Notes: generated by a model not told the origin, from the sequence alone. A stretch of 64,000 bases of DNA from Anthoceros angustus (GCA_010909165.1 MU008155.1:620001-684000), one strand, 5' to 3'; positions 22,479 to 34,728 are shown, numbered from the stretch's first letter. Numbers and translations are program-made.

Positions 22479-25277
22479 TCATCCTTCCGGTTTTGTGATC
22501 AGGCATGAGGGACGTAGATGCACTGCTAGGTGCAACAGTTTGGAAGAATCTACTCTACGATGCCTTGCTTCAGAAGAAATGCCTACCGGTGAAGCGACCA
22601 TTCCTGTTTCTCCAATTTGAAAAGATGTTTCAGACTTGTTGGGATGCTTTTCATCTCCTACTGAAAAACTATGCACCAGTCCGTCCATGTCTGTCCACCA
22701 GCTCCGGCCTGGCTGCTTCCATGCCCTGGTTCCTATTCTCCTTGACTGCATCTCGTGCGCCTGCTCCCACATCTGAGCACCGGTGTATATGTTCGACATC
22801 AACACATGTGATGCAGCATCTTTCTTGTCTAGCTTCACTGCTTCATCAAAAGCATAGCGTCCCACGTCCACATTGCTCCACTTTTGACAAGCACCAAGTA
22901 GAGTGTGCCAAAAGGCAAGAGTAGGCAGTACAGGCATTGTGCTTACCAAAACCAGTGACTCCTGGAGTCGGCCTGCACGACCAAGGAGATCCACCATGCA
23001 TGCATAGTGCTCCAAGCTGGGAGTGATACCGTAGTGTCTGCTCATGGCGTCGAAGTACTCTCGTCCCTTGTCCACTTGGCCCGTGTGACTGCACACTGAC
23101 AGTACGCTGAGGAATGTGACGCTGTCTGGCTGAATGCCGTCCTTTCTCATTCTGAGGAACAAGTCAAAGACTGCTTTACTGTCTCCTTGTCGGGTGTATC
23201 CTGCAATCAACGCACTCCAGGTGACGATGTCTCTTCTGGGCAATGCATCAAACACCTGCTGTGCATCAAGCATGCTCCCTGAGTTTGCATACATGGTTAT
23301 CAAACTGTTCCCTATAGTCACATCAGCTTGAAGGCCTTGATCTTGAATCTGTGCATGAAGCTGCCTTCCCACATGTAACGCTGCGACACTTGCACATGCC
23401 TGCAGGAGGCACACAAAGGCCACAGAATCAGGTGCAGCCTTGCCTTCTTCTTGCATAGCCCTGTAAAGGCGAAGGGCCTCCAGACCCATGCCCTGCTGAG
23501 AATACCCAGCTATCATGGAACTCCATGTCACCACATTCTTTTGATCAAGGCTGTGGAACACTTCTTGAGCATCCTCCAGGCTGCCACACTTTGCATACAT
23601 GTTTACCAAACTGCTGGCTACAAACACATCACCTTGGAGTCCTTGATCTCTGATTTGTAAGTGAAGCTGTTTCCCCTTCTCCAAAGCCGGGTTGCCCACG
23701 CTTGTACATGCCTGCAGGAGGCAAACAAATGTGACAGAATCTGGCACCGCCAAGCCTTCATCTTGCATAGCGCTGTAAAGGCGCAGGGCTTCCTGGCCCA
23801 TGCCCTGCTGGGAGTATCCTGCTATCAAAGCTGTCCAGGTCACGACGTTCTTTTGAGTAAGCCCGTTGAACACACTCTGAGCGTCTTCCAAGCTGCCGCA
23901 CTTTGCATACATATTTACCAAACTGCTGGCTACAAACACAATACCTTGATGTCCTTGTTCCCTAATATGCGCATGAAGCTGCTTCCCCTTCTCCAGAGCA
24001 GGTGCACCCACACTTGCACATGCCTGCAGAAGAGACACAAACGTCACAGAATCAGGTACAGCAGCGCCTTCTTCTCTCATAGCACTGTAAAGATGCAGGG
24101 CTTGCTGACCCATGCCCTGTTGGGCATATCCTGTTATCAGAGCTGTCCAGGTCACCACATTCTTCTTGCCAAGTGTGTCGAACACTCTTTGCGCGTCTTC
24201 CAGGTTCCCACATTTTGCATACATGTCCACCAAGCAACTGGAAACAAACAAGTCAGGCTCACTGCCACTGGCCAGCACATCAGCGTGCACCTGCTGCCCA
24301 GTTTCCAAGTCTGCTCCGCGTGCACAGGCCTGAAGGGCTGCTACAAACACATGCCCATCTGGCTTCACACTCAATCTCCGCATCTGATGATACAGCTCTA
24401 TGGCCTCCTTATCTCGCCCCTGTTTAACGTGTGCAGAGATTACAGACGACCACATGAAAGCATCGGGTTCCGCAACCCCGGTAAATACATCCATCCCTTC
24501 CTGCAACCTGGCATGACCAGCATACATCCGCAGGATGTGGTTGCACAAGAACGTATCCAACTCATACCCTCCTTCCACAGCAAGGGCATGGACACGGCGA
24601 CCAAGAACCAGATTCCTTTCCACCAAACATCTTCTCAACACAGTATACAAAAGAAACTTGGAAACATCAGAGTCAATCTTCACCAGAACTCCCAGAGCCT
24701 CAATAGCCTGAACGAGGTGCCCCTGCTCACAAAGTTGCCTGACAGTTTCACCCGTTACGCTCCTCTCATAACCTGCAAACCCCCGAATGCCATCATCATC
24801 CGGCAAGCTCCAGTCGAATTCAGGACCATGACGACCCATCTGCATACCCCGGTTATCCAATTGCACATCCAGCCTTGTTGATTTCCAGGTCCCGTTGAGC
24901 GAGAGGACCGCCCTAGACGAACAGGAGCCTTCCCTGCCTCGCCTGTCGTCCCTACGAATCGTATGATCCAGAAAACACTGCCGCCACAATACCTCTTGCC
25001 GTCCATCCTCCCCAGCCAGGAATTCTCTGGCCCGAGCTGAGAACCTCTTCCTAGCCCAGCTGCTACCCCATCGATTCCCCTGGCTGTGGCAATCCAGAAA
25101 CGCGGTCTCCACAGCAGCGCATGTCCCCCAGAGCGAGAGTAAAGCCCCACCCGCCAGGCACCGAGGTTCCACAGACCCATACGCTGAAACTTCGTGATCA
25201 CGAACGATCCCAGAACCCAGCAGTTCTAGTGCACCAGCAGCTGGGCTGGTTGCGCAAACAATGCTGCACATATGCAT
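22479..25277 (-). CDS. PLS-class pentatricopeptide repeat protein, E1-E2-E+ (WW-type PG box), no DYW domain; candidate organelle RNA-editing factor
   Basis: Intronless ORF with 17 P/L/S motifs, HYACMVDLLGRAG (S2), E1/E2, then WKQPGRSWWTDMDGLVHSFSVGD; no HxE/CxxC afterwards. Start codon uncertain (first ATG 25277). Confidence 0.93.
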   Translation of the reverse strand: MHMCSIVCATSPAAGALELLGSGIVRDHEVSAYGSVEPRCLAGGALLSLWGTCAAVETAFLDCHSQGNRWGSSWARKRFSARAREFLAGEDGRQEVLWRQCFLDHTIRRDDRRGREGSCSSRAVLSLNGTWKSTRLDVQLDNRGMQMGRHGPEFDWSLPDDDGIRGFAGYERSVTGETVRQLCEQGHLVQAIEALGVLVKIDSDVSKFLLYTVLRRCLVERNLVLGRRVHALAVEGGYELDTFLCNHILRMYAGHARLQEGMDVFTGVAEPDAFMWSSVISAHVKQGRDKEAIELYHQMRRLSVKPDGHVFVAALQACARGADLETGQQVHADVLASGSEPDLFVSSCLVDMYAKCGNLEDAQRVFDTLGKKNVVTWTALITGYAQQGMGQQALHLYSAMREEGAAVPDSVTFVSLLQACASVGAPALEKGKQLHAHIREQGHQGIVFVASSLVNMYAKCGSLEDAQSVFNGLTQKNVVTWTALIAGYSQQGMGQEALRLYSAMQDEGLAVPDSVTFVCLLQACTSVGNPALEKGKQLHLQIRDQGLQGDVFVASSLVNMYAKCGSLEDAQEVFHSLDQKNVVTWSSMIAGYSQQGMGLEALRLYRAMQEEGKAAPDSVAFVCLLQACASVAALHVGRQLHAQIQDQGLQADVTIGNSLITMYANSGSMLDAQQVFDALPRRDIVTWSALIAGYTRQGDSKAVFDLFLRMRKDGIQPDSVTFLSVLSVCSHTGQVDKGREYFDAMSRHYGITPSLEHYACMVDLLGRAGRLQESLVLVSTMPVLPTLAFWHTLLGACQKWSNVDVGRYAFDEAVKLDKKDAASHVLMSNIYTGAQMWEQAHEMQSRRIGTRAWKQPGRSWWTDMDGLVHSFSVGDEKHPNKSETSFQIGETGMVASPVGISSEARHRRVDSSKLLHLAVHLRPSCLITKPEG

Positions 25278-25339
25278 TTGTCGCAGCGGGCATCTCTCAC
25301 GAGCCTGTGCAATGTCGTCCACCTGCTAGCAATTTCGGT

Positions 25340-25690
25340 TTGGATTTCAGAAGGAAATTCTCCTAGGTCGAGCAGGCCAACGCAAGAGTCAGTAGCTTTG
25401 GCATGGACCATGTGTGTTCTGCCTAACGCTGCAGTTTGGCATGCTCTTCTGGGTGCTTGTAGAATGTAGAGCAACCTGGAGCCGGGACGCCATGCTTTGA
25501 TGAGGCAGTGAGGCAGGACAAGCAAGATGCTGCAGCTTATTCGATGGTGCCAAACATATACAGTGGTGCCCAGATGTGGAAGTAGGCCACAAGAGACGCA
25601 GACCAGGAGATTAGGAAGCGGGGCAGCCAGGCCAGAGCTGGTGGACAAACAAGGACGGACCGGAGCGTAGTTTCTTCTAAAACCATGTAG
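25340..25690 (+). pseudogene. Inverted PPR S2-E1-E2-PG-box fragment
   Basis: LGRAG..QESVALAWTMCVLPNAAVWHALLGAC, FDEAVRQDKQDAAAY, QPGQSWWTNKDG; frameshifted paralog of 22650-23010 on the opposite strand. Confidence 0.85.
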
Positions 25691-25900
25691 GAACATGTGT
25701 ATGTCTACGCAAGGCCTACAGAGCTTCCTTCCGAAAAACGAAGAAAAACCATGCCATAATCTTCGTACAAAGATCCATTGAATATAATAATCTCCCCACT
25801 GCCCACATGGAATATTGGAATCCTTTACCCAGTACGAGAATTCATACAGGTGGCATGACGCAAGGGACAACCAGCTTGTTGTCAGTATTCGTGTCCGTCG

Positions 25901-28080
25901 ATGAGTATTTGTGTCCGTCGATGGAGCTGGTCTTCAAGGCTGGCGAGTGAGAGGCAACGGTTGGTGTGGCTGCCAGCTACTGCGCAACTTCAATCGTCGG
26001 GCTGCACAAGCTCCATGGCGAGTGGGACTGAAGTGGGGGCTGGCCCTGCAGCTTTAGTTGTCTCCCGCCAAACGCGTGTTGGGTGACGTCTTCATCCTTT
26101 ACCAATTTCCGCTTTCCGTTGTCGCAAATCGGATCCGTGTTGGGCTCGATGCATTATGACTGGGGAGTAGGGGACTGGCAGATGGATAGGAACCGGAGTG
26201 ATGGGGCTTGCAATGTGCGGGCACCTGCTGAGCGGAGGCTATTCAATTACGGTTTACAACCGTACACTCAGGTGGAGTGAAATGGAGAGGAGAGGCTCAA
26301 CCTTGTTGTGCTTGCAAAGTTCGTGGACGCCTGAAGTGACTGGAAATTGGCTTGCTCACAGCAAGGCGGAACCTTTGAAGAGCAGGGGAGCTCTGCTTGT
26401 AGATTCGCCCAAGGCTGTTGCGGAGCGAAGTGACGTTGTGTTTACCATGTTGGGGTAAGTCTGCGTCCTGGGGATCGCATCTGGAGGAAATGGGTTGACA
26501 AGCACCCCGTATTGTGTCTCTGTTGTGATGACGGGCTTGAACTTCAGGAATCCCGACGATGTCAGGGACGTCATTCTTGGTTCTAACGGCTTACTGCAAG
26601 GCCTTGGACAGGGTGGCATTGTAAGCCTTCCATGCAGTTCAAATTGTCTGCCATCCAGCAGAAAATCGACTGGCACGCTGCCCTGTGAAGTTCTTTCTGT
26701 TCAAGGAGTGTCACCTGCTATTTGGCTTATGTCAGGTTGTGGACACGACGAGCAGTGAACCCTCTCTTGCCCGAGAGATTTTCTCGGCAGCACAAGCGAG
26801 GTGGGAAGCTCTTCCTGATTGTGGTGGTGTCCTCGTGATGGTCCCTTTTGAGTGAGTTGCAAGAAACTGCTTTTGTGGGAGGAAAGCTGATGTGCAGCTG
26901 GTCTTGCTGCTAAGGGGTTGTGACGCCGTAGATGCACCGGTCTCTGGAGGCGATAAAGGGGCCAAAGATGGTACTCTTGCTATATTTGCTGGTGGCCAAG
27001 AGCAGACTGTAAGCGAGCTTGCAGCTCTTGTGCTTGAGCTCATGCGGAGGAATTTGAATTACTAGATGTGTCAAGTAACTTCCTTCATGGGCTGGCACGT
27101 TGAATACAGGTCAAGGCCTTGCAGCCATTGTTCAAGTGTTTTGGTTCAGCTGTTTACTTAGGACCAGCAGGATCTGGCCAGAGCTGCAAATTGGCAAATC
27201 AGGTATATAATTGGTTAAGCTGTCTTGCTCAGTTTTCCGGGTTTCTGACAGCCTGGTCTGCTTCTGTACGTGGCATACAGATCACCTACGGACTAAACGT
27301 TCTGGGCTTGTCTGAGGTGAGTGGGGTTGCTTCATCGTGTTTTTCAGGGAAAGAATTCTGAGCGTTTGCTTAGTTGTGATGACGCTTGTGAAAAAATGGG
27401 AACAGTATTTCACTCGGCATCTTGCAGGGTATGCTCTTTGCTCACAAGGCTGGATTGGACGTCGCAACGTAAGCTAAATGCAGCACAACAAATTGTTCCG
27501 GTCCAACAATTCGTCCGCTTCTAGGCTTTGCATATTCCGGGTGACTAGGAACCGCACCTGCTTTGAATGCAGATATCTGCGAGCAATATCAGGAGGGGCT
27601 GCTGGGTCCAAAGTCTTGGATCTGTTTGCAGATAGGATTGTGAGCAGAGACTTTGCTCCAGGTACGCTCCCACGAAATTCGGTGCTTCGGAACTGGTCTT
27701 TGCAACTGAATTCGTGGCGTGATTGATTGCAGGTGGATTCGCAGACTATCAAATCAAAGATCTCGGCATTGCTCTCTCAGAGACTCAGAAAATGTCATTA
27801 TCACTTCCCGGACTTGCCCTGGTATATTTACTGACGTGCGGATTCTGAAAGTCTTTAGCTTCGAGATCTCTGGCCGCCTTCCATTGTGCAACTTTTGTGT
27901 GTCATCTCACCTCATTCTGCAGATTGGTTGACCGGCTGGTTGCAGACCCAGCAATTGTACATTGCTCTTCGTGCGCATGGAGATGGAAAGCTCAGCAGCC
28001 ATGCCTTGATTTTATCTCTTGAGCGTTTGAATAACTTGTCACTGTCACCAACAACGCCAACTGAAGGAGTCACTGAATAG
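25901..28080 (+). CDS. 3-hydroxyisobutyrate dehydrogenase-like (6PGD/beta-hydroxyacid dehydrogenase family), multi-exon
   Basis: GWIGTGVMG Rossmann motif, DAPVSGGD, GSGQSCKLANQ, GAAGSK, KDLGIAL, C-terminal HALILSLERLN; N-terminus resembles a mitochondrial presequence. Confidence 0.88.
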
Positions 28081-28333
28081 CTCTTCGTGATAATCATAAA
28101 CAGGTTGCCAAGCAACCAGCAAAAACAGGTCTACTGCCATAATTCAGAGTCATTTCATGCACGTGCAGCCTGTTCGCGATGCAGTAGCCAGTTCATTTGA
28201 TAAGTTTGTGAGTTCGATCTCTGGACATGTGCCTGTCCTTGTTACAAGCCCTACATGCCCCTGCTACTTGCACTGGATTTTTCAACACTGAAGAGATGAG
28301 GAGGACAAGAAGATTGTGTTCCGTTCACTTACT

Positions 28334-30354
28334 TCACTCCTCGGGTTGATCCTTGTGGTACACGAATGCAGTGTTGTGGTACTTGCTGAAAATAGAATCT
28401 GGTGCGAGATAAACATCAAACACAGCTCTGCAAAGAACAGGTGACGAGATGACTGCCCGGACGCTGCAGCCAGACCAGTAGACAACACGAGGTAAGGCGA
28501 ACGAACCTTACCAGGCGTAACAAACAATACACGCAAAACCTTGATCGTCTCACTCGAGGAACTGACCAGACGCTGAAGCCTTACCGTGAGTCAATCGAAA
28601 CTACAAGAGTGTCATCAGGCTTCCAGAGCTGCAGGCAGAATTATTTACACGCAGTCAAAAACACGAAGGCTTGGAGCCAGCCATGGCAAGCAGAAGGATC
28701 CTACAATGTACAGCATAGGATGAAACTCTAGGATGCTTCAACTTAGGCAACTGTCAACCACAATGTCGGACAGCGACTACCACACACAAAGATAACTGAA
28801 TCATGCCACATCCCAACAAGAGGATCCCTTTTGCAACTCATTACTCATTTTTGACTTTATGGTTCAAAGCATGGAAGGAAATGAAACTAGGGAAGTATCA
28901 AGCACCGCATGAGGTAACTCTTCAAACGAAGCAACCTTACCAGGGAAATTCGAGTCCCTTTGCGGATGATCTTCTCGTTGTTGAAGCAACGAGTGAAATC
29001 CCGTAGCTGCATCAAGTAGTACGTCAACCACTTGCTGTACTCAGCTAGTACCAGGCACAGATAATAGGTGGTGTAGGTATTGCTGAGCAAGAGACATGAT
29101 TATGCAAAACATGGTCAGAGGCTTTTACCGCATCTTTGCCAGGCCCAGTCTTCGCACCTCCTTGAGCTTTGCGGATACGGGGTAGCAATGATCGATCAAA
29201 GCCCTGTTACAATATTGGTCAATAAGAGTCAGCCACATCATGTACAGGCCAAGCTTCTGCCAGAAAAGTAAGCATCATATACTGACCTTTCCAATGTGAT
29301 GGCCGGCAACATCCCTGTCCATGACGAGGAGCAGATTACGTCCCACAGGAGCAGCCAACACTGCTGCCCCTAACGAATCATGTGGAGCAACCTCCTCTAC
29401 CTGCAAGTAAACATCTCAGAACTCTTTTTCTTACACTAATGCTCAGACCACAAAGATCACTTTGAGACAACTTCACGGAGATTTCAAAACTATGCATGTG
29501 GACAGCAGATTCCGGACACAAACTCACCGTATTGGCCAAAAGGCTTCCCTGCTTACCATCTTCAACATACAACCCTACAGCATAGGCTCTGGCTTTTGCA
29601 AATTTGCACTGCACCACATAGGAGCACTTGTCAGAAAGGCTCAAAGGCTCGTGGGTGAAAAAGGCCACAACAAGCACACCAAATACTCACCTGACCAAGC
29701 ATGCATCGGACAGCTGTACCCAGAAGCCGATACGAATTGTGCTCATCAACCCCGTCAGCTGTTTTGCTCCAGTCAAACTCAATTCCCGTGAAAGGTTCCT
29801 TTACAGCCTTCCCTGTTATCATAACACCCAAAACATGCTGATGTGGGCCTTGGATGGCGCCGGCCTTACGACAAGAAGTGCAGAATATCAGGCATCACTT
29901 CTCCCTCACTTGTCCCTCATCTTCCTGTCAGCAAGCATAGCATACTCGGGAAACGGGAGGGTATGGCCTCCGACTGATGTGACCATAATACAAAACGGAG
30001 GCTTCAGGTGGATCAAATGCGTGCCAGCACACCCACCGATTCATCGACGGCTGGTCAGAATTTCCAATCAAAACGCTAACGACGTAACCATTAAAATGGT
30101 GTAGCAGTCCAACACCAACACACCGTTGCACAAGTGTGTCGAAATTTTGAACCTCAAAATGGTCTGGCTGGTGGCCGAGGTAAAAAAACATCAGAGAGTT
30201 ACATACTTGATCCCGCTGAATCTGGACGTGCTGTGGGAGCATCTGCCGAGGATAGAGCAGCTGGGGAGGTTGAGAACAGCGACAAGAGCGGGAGCGTCGG
30301 CGCCGTGGCCAACGCTGCGATCAGCCATTTTCCCGCTCGCCAGGGCGTCGCCAT
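28334..30354 (-). CDS. Chalcone-isomerase-fold protein (FAP/Aim18-like), many short exons
   Basis: Spliced reading VKEPFTGIEF..RLLGTAVRCMLGQCKFAKARAYAVGLYVE, GFDRSLLPRI, KGTRISL, SPVLCRAVFDVYL; 5' exons uncertain. Confidence 0.7.
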
Positions 30355-30800
30355 GGTACTATTCCAACCAGAACTGTGGTAGAGCGTTTTGCTGATGGCG
30401 TGAAACGAGCTTTCAACAAGCAGCGGGAAAGATTGTGGTAACCAGGCCAAAGGCTTTATGTTATACCACAACGACGGCCACAACGCAAACCCACATATCT
30501 TGCGTAAAGCTTTTTAAAATTACAGCTCACAGGGTTCACACTCTACAGCCCCTCACTTAGCCTCCTTCAGCCGCCCTGCAAGCTAGTCTACCAAGGAAAC
30601 GGACCCCAGGGATCCTTCCACAATGAGCAAAACTGTTGTCATCAGCGTTCCCTGTGTGCCCAAACTACTGGAGCTTCAGAACAAGGAAGGCCTGTGACTT
30701 CTCTCCACGAAAGAAACCCTAGAATACAGGATCCAAACACAGCTCTTTGGCAACCGAATGCCATGACAACTTGTGCGCAGGATCAGCCGGGAAGAGCCCT

Positions 30801-31538
30801 TCAGAAACGCGCTCTCCTCTTCCGCTTATTGTCCCTATTGATCTTAGCTTTACTCTTCCATCGCTTCCTGATCACACCACCCTTCCCCTTCAAGGGCCGG
30901 CGTACAGGAGTCTTCTTGACATGCCCGTTGTCAACCTCCATGGCTGCCGTGTCCGTAGCGGAATTTTCCGAGGGATTTCCAGGAGCATCCGCATCTGCAG
31001 TTTCCCTTACCAGACTCCGTCCTCTCGGGAGATCTTCCATTTCTGCGGTGACCAGTAACACACAGTTTGAGGGAGCTCACGTGCAGCTCGCAGCAGCACC
31101 TTCCTACTTCCAAAGCACAAGCATCGCCAACAAGAACTAGGTTACCGCGTCCAGAAAACCTAAACAATTTGTGCATCTGAGTGAACCAAGGGTCTGTGGA
31201 GATCAGATCCCCGGCTTCTGTGATGCATGCATCGTTCTAGGGTCCAAGCTCCACGGCAATGAAGAACTGCTGACCAGCTCTCGCACTCCCATTAAGAAAA
31301 GACTGGACCCGCTACCGCAATTGAGACAAGCTGCACCAGACGGCAATCAAGGTACAAGGAGGTCAAAGGGCCTACCCATGGGCTGCTGTTTCTCCGTCAA
31401 TTCACACTTGGGAGCGAGGGCGGCAGCGTCCAGCGCGGCAAACCTCGCAGCATCCTTGTTGTCATAGTGAGGCTCTACGAGTTCCCTCTTCAATGTCCTG
31501 AGCCTCTTCAACCGCTTGGACCGGATGGACTTCCCCAT
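30801..31538 (-). CDS. LLP homolog (LAPS18-like small basic nuclear protein), probably 2 exons
   Basis: MGKSIRSKRLKRLRTLKRELVEP N-terminus, MEVD motif, Lys/Arg-rich C-terminus. Confidence 0.7.
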
Positions 31539-32009
31539 CGCTGTGCGCAGCAAAATTCCTCCAGGCACCCGAAGCCCGTGCGACTAAAATCTGTCAAACC
31601 GAACCCCGAATCGTGGATATGCACCTACAGGTATGTATTCATAAGCTTGCTTTCCGCCTCTATATTCGGATCGGTCGTTACCCTCGTTTTAATCCGATAA
31701 AACGTTTTTTTCGATTCAATTTATTATTGGTTATGCCCTGCAAGAGGGCAGGTGTATCTGTACCAAGCGCGGACACAAAAAAAAAACATTCACCCCCACC
31801 TCGGCTTCAGCTCGGTGCTCCGAGCCCGCGCACCCAACGGGGTGGACGAGCGGCTAGGCCGCGAGGCCGATGACGGCCGGGCCAGGCCAGGGCAGGTCGC
31901 GACGGCCTTATCGGCCAGGTCGTGAGGGCCTCATCGGTGATCGCACTTGGTCGCGGCCTCGCACCAGCTTGCGTTGATGTATGAGCACCTCGTTTCCTTG
32001 GATATGCCT

Positions 32010-32470
32010 ACGGGTCATGGTGTCTCTTCTTCCAAGTCTGTTTGGAGTTCACGCAGCCCTTGGGATCCATGGTGCAAGCTTCGAGATTCCGAAGTCCGCC
32101 ACCTTGGCATCCAGGTTCTCGTCTAGCAGGATGTTGGAGGATTTCACGTCCAGGTGGTAGATAGGAGAGTTGCCACAAAATGGATGTAGGCCAGAGCGGG
32201 GTTCCCACGTATCGATGGCCTGATCGGTCGATGAGAAGCTCATTACGGGACGACATCCGCAAAGCCAGCCAATGCGGTCGACCGTCGCGGCTTTGCCGCG
32301 CATCCACCACCTTGGGTGCTCGAGCCGCTTCTGCCCGGGCCCCGACCGAGCTGGATTTCCGGCTCCGGGACAGAAATAAGAGAGGGTTGGTGGCCGCTCT
32401 TGGTACACCATAACCCATATCCCATTGCCTAAATCTCGTGAGCAAATAAACCCGCCTGCTCACCGCACCA
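32010..32470 (-). pseudogene. Receptor-like kinase (RLK/Pelle) kinase-domain fragment
   Basis: [32 protein letters not shown] (HRD changed to HLD) with frameshifted upstream subdomains; no complete gene. Confidence 0.75.
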
Positions 32471-34728
32471 CTTGTACTGAAATGGGGACATGCATGAGTA
32501 TCCAAAAACCCTAAACCCCAGACCACGTAGTAATTAGCACTCGTTTCTTGAGGGGTTTTGAGTTTACACGATTCTTTTGCATTTAAAGCTTTTTTTTCTC
32601 AATAGTGTAGCTCGCAGAATTCTTCACCACAAACAAGTGTGATATAAAAATTTTGCACAATGTTGAAGAACATAGTCAAAAGACTCCATTTCAGTGGCTT
32701 AAGGATGGACCCCTATGTGATCTCTATCCTTTGGAACAGCATAGAAACAGCTTGTTGGTATGGCGGATTTTTCTAGGCACAGTAGCATTTTGTGGCCCCA
32801 ACCATTTTACATCTTTTGATGCATTCCAAGGTTTGAACCGCTTTCTATATGCTCTAATATGAGGCTAAAAAAGCACCCAGCCATAGCGCAAAGTTCTAAT
32901 ACTAGGCTATAAAAGCACCAAGCCATAGCTCCAAGTATCCTAACCATGAGCCAACCCTACTTGTGTGCGTGTCTCCCACTCAACCACACTAGCTCTCCGC
33001 TAGGATGGTTGTGTGGAGCGAATTTAAAGAAGTGTTATAATTATTCTTTTGAACCTAAACTACAAATTCAAATACAATGTTTGAATTATATTCCTTGAAA
33101 TAGTGCCTCCACGGAAGACTTGACTAGTAGGTCCCCGTGGTGTGGGGAAAGTTTTTTCGGAGTTCTTGAATCAAGGGGAGATCATGTTGGATCAGGGTCA
33201 AGGGCATATGCATGATGGATCAGGGTCAAAGGGGGATATTAATTATGCTAGATTTGAGTTAAGAGGGAAGAATTCTCAAAGGACTTCCTTGCCAACAAAA
33301 GTACTTATATGAAATTGTGGCTCTTGTCCAAGTTGAGAGCAGCAGGAGACCAGAACAAAGGCTACGTAGGCTTGAGGATTCCGTAGGTGCTTGCCCAACA
33401 TTGCTTATAAAGATTGTGATCTAGCAATTTCTCAGTGTAGGATGACGTCCTTGTTAACTTGGTTGAGAAATAAGAGGTACAAAAGAAGGGGTTGTTAATC
33501 GGGCAAGCAATGGAGTATGTGATTTCGTTGGTGGAAAACTTTGGGGCATTAGAGATGTTTTCCTTGTATGATGTGATACCCTATTTTCACGACTCTTTGA
33601 TTCCTTGATTCGATTCATCTATGTCAACCTCCCTACTTCGGACTACACTTCAGTGTCATGCATGAACCTTCAACAACTTTGGGAACTTTTTCATTTCCAA
33701 CATCTCGTTCTCTACCCTTTCATATTATCGTTTTTGAAGATTTTCAATGTTTTCAATGGGTCTCAACGTACTTCCTGCACTCCAACCTCTTTCTTTTACT
33801 TCCAAGACTTTACCACATGCCCTTGCACCTCCAATTTCAAGTTCAGACACTTATATAGTATCCACTAGGAATACCTCATCACTTGCAGAGGATTGTGTAC
33901 ATGTAGATTGTTAAATCCAATCAGGAGTGATTTCGATAAGGTATATTGCTTATGAACATTTTTTGTGTTGTTGCTTATAAACATTTTTTGTGTTGCTGCT
34001 TATAAATATTTTTCAATGTCACGTTGTGATTGGCTGCATACATGTGGTAGGGAGTGTTGGTATCCATCCACTGACAACTACGAGTAATAGCCCACATCCT
34101 CAATGTGCCTGCACATCTATATTGCTTAGAGAGTATGACATCCATGAGTCAAACCGTGATATCGATGTGGGCCTTTTTTACTACAACGTTTATTAAACTC
34201 AAATAGGCTTTGAATCTGGCACTACCTCCAACTAGCTTTCTTTGTCCTAAAATGATTCATAAGCTCCCAATGCTAGCTCTTTCATATTCCATGAGTTATA
34301 TGAAAGGGCCAATCTCTCCAATTACCTTCGTTTTTTTAGGTTATCTGGGGATCTGGTGGTCTGTTCCAATTGCGCCTTGTTACCGGAAGAGTTGGTTGGT
34401 TGGTTGATACTTCACCACAGTCTCTGCCAAGATTGCGGTTGGGAAGCTGCAGATACAATCAAAGCTGCTAAAATTTATCTGCAGATAGATTTTGTACAAT
34501 AAAATGACCTGTAGACGAATCCTATTACATATTGGAGAAGCCTTCAAAGCTGTGCCAAATTTTCGTGGAAACGACAGACAATGGCCGATCTTTTCAACAT
34601 TTCCACACCTTACAGCTCTCCTCTCCTCCGAAGAACTCAGACAGTTTCGTTCTTAGGGGCTACTTTTTTTCTGGCTTTACTCTGGATGACAACCCAGAGG
34701 TCAAAATCTCCAAGCTCGATTGCTATAC

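Noticed and set aside
22300-22620. Frameshifted DYW deaminase domain downstream of the PPR
   Set aside because: I read all three minus-strand frames and found no HSE/HxE, CxxC or DYW-like terminus.
23661-24881. 406-aa plus-strand ORF (and similar long antisense ORFs at 37766-38839 and 42933-43586)
   Set aside because: Shadow frames opposite well-supported GC-rich genes (PPR, malic enzyme, UGD).
32600-34400. Possible gypsy integrase/RT relics in an AT-rich stretch
   Set aside because: Only faint motif traces across multiple frameshifts; too degenerate to support a call.
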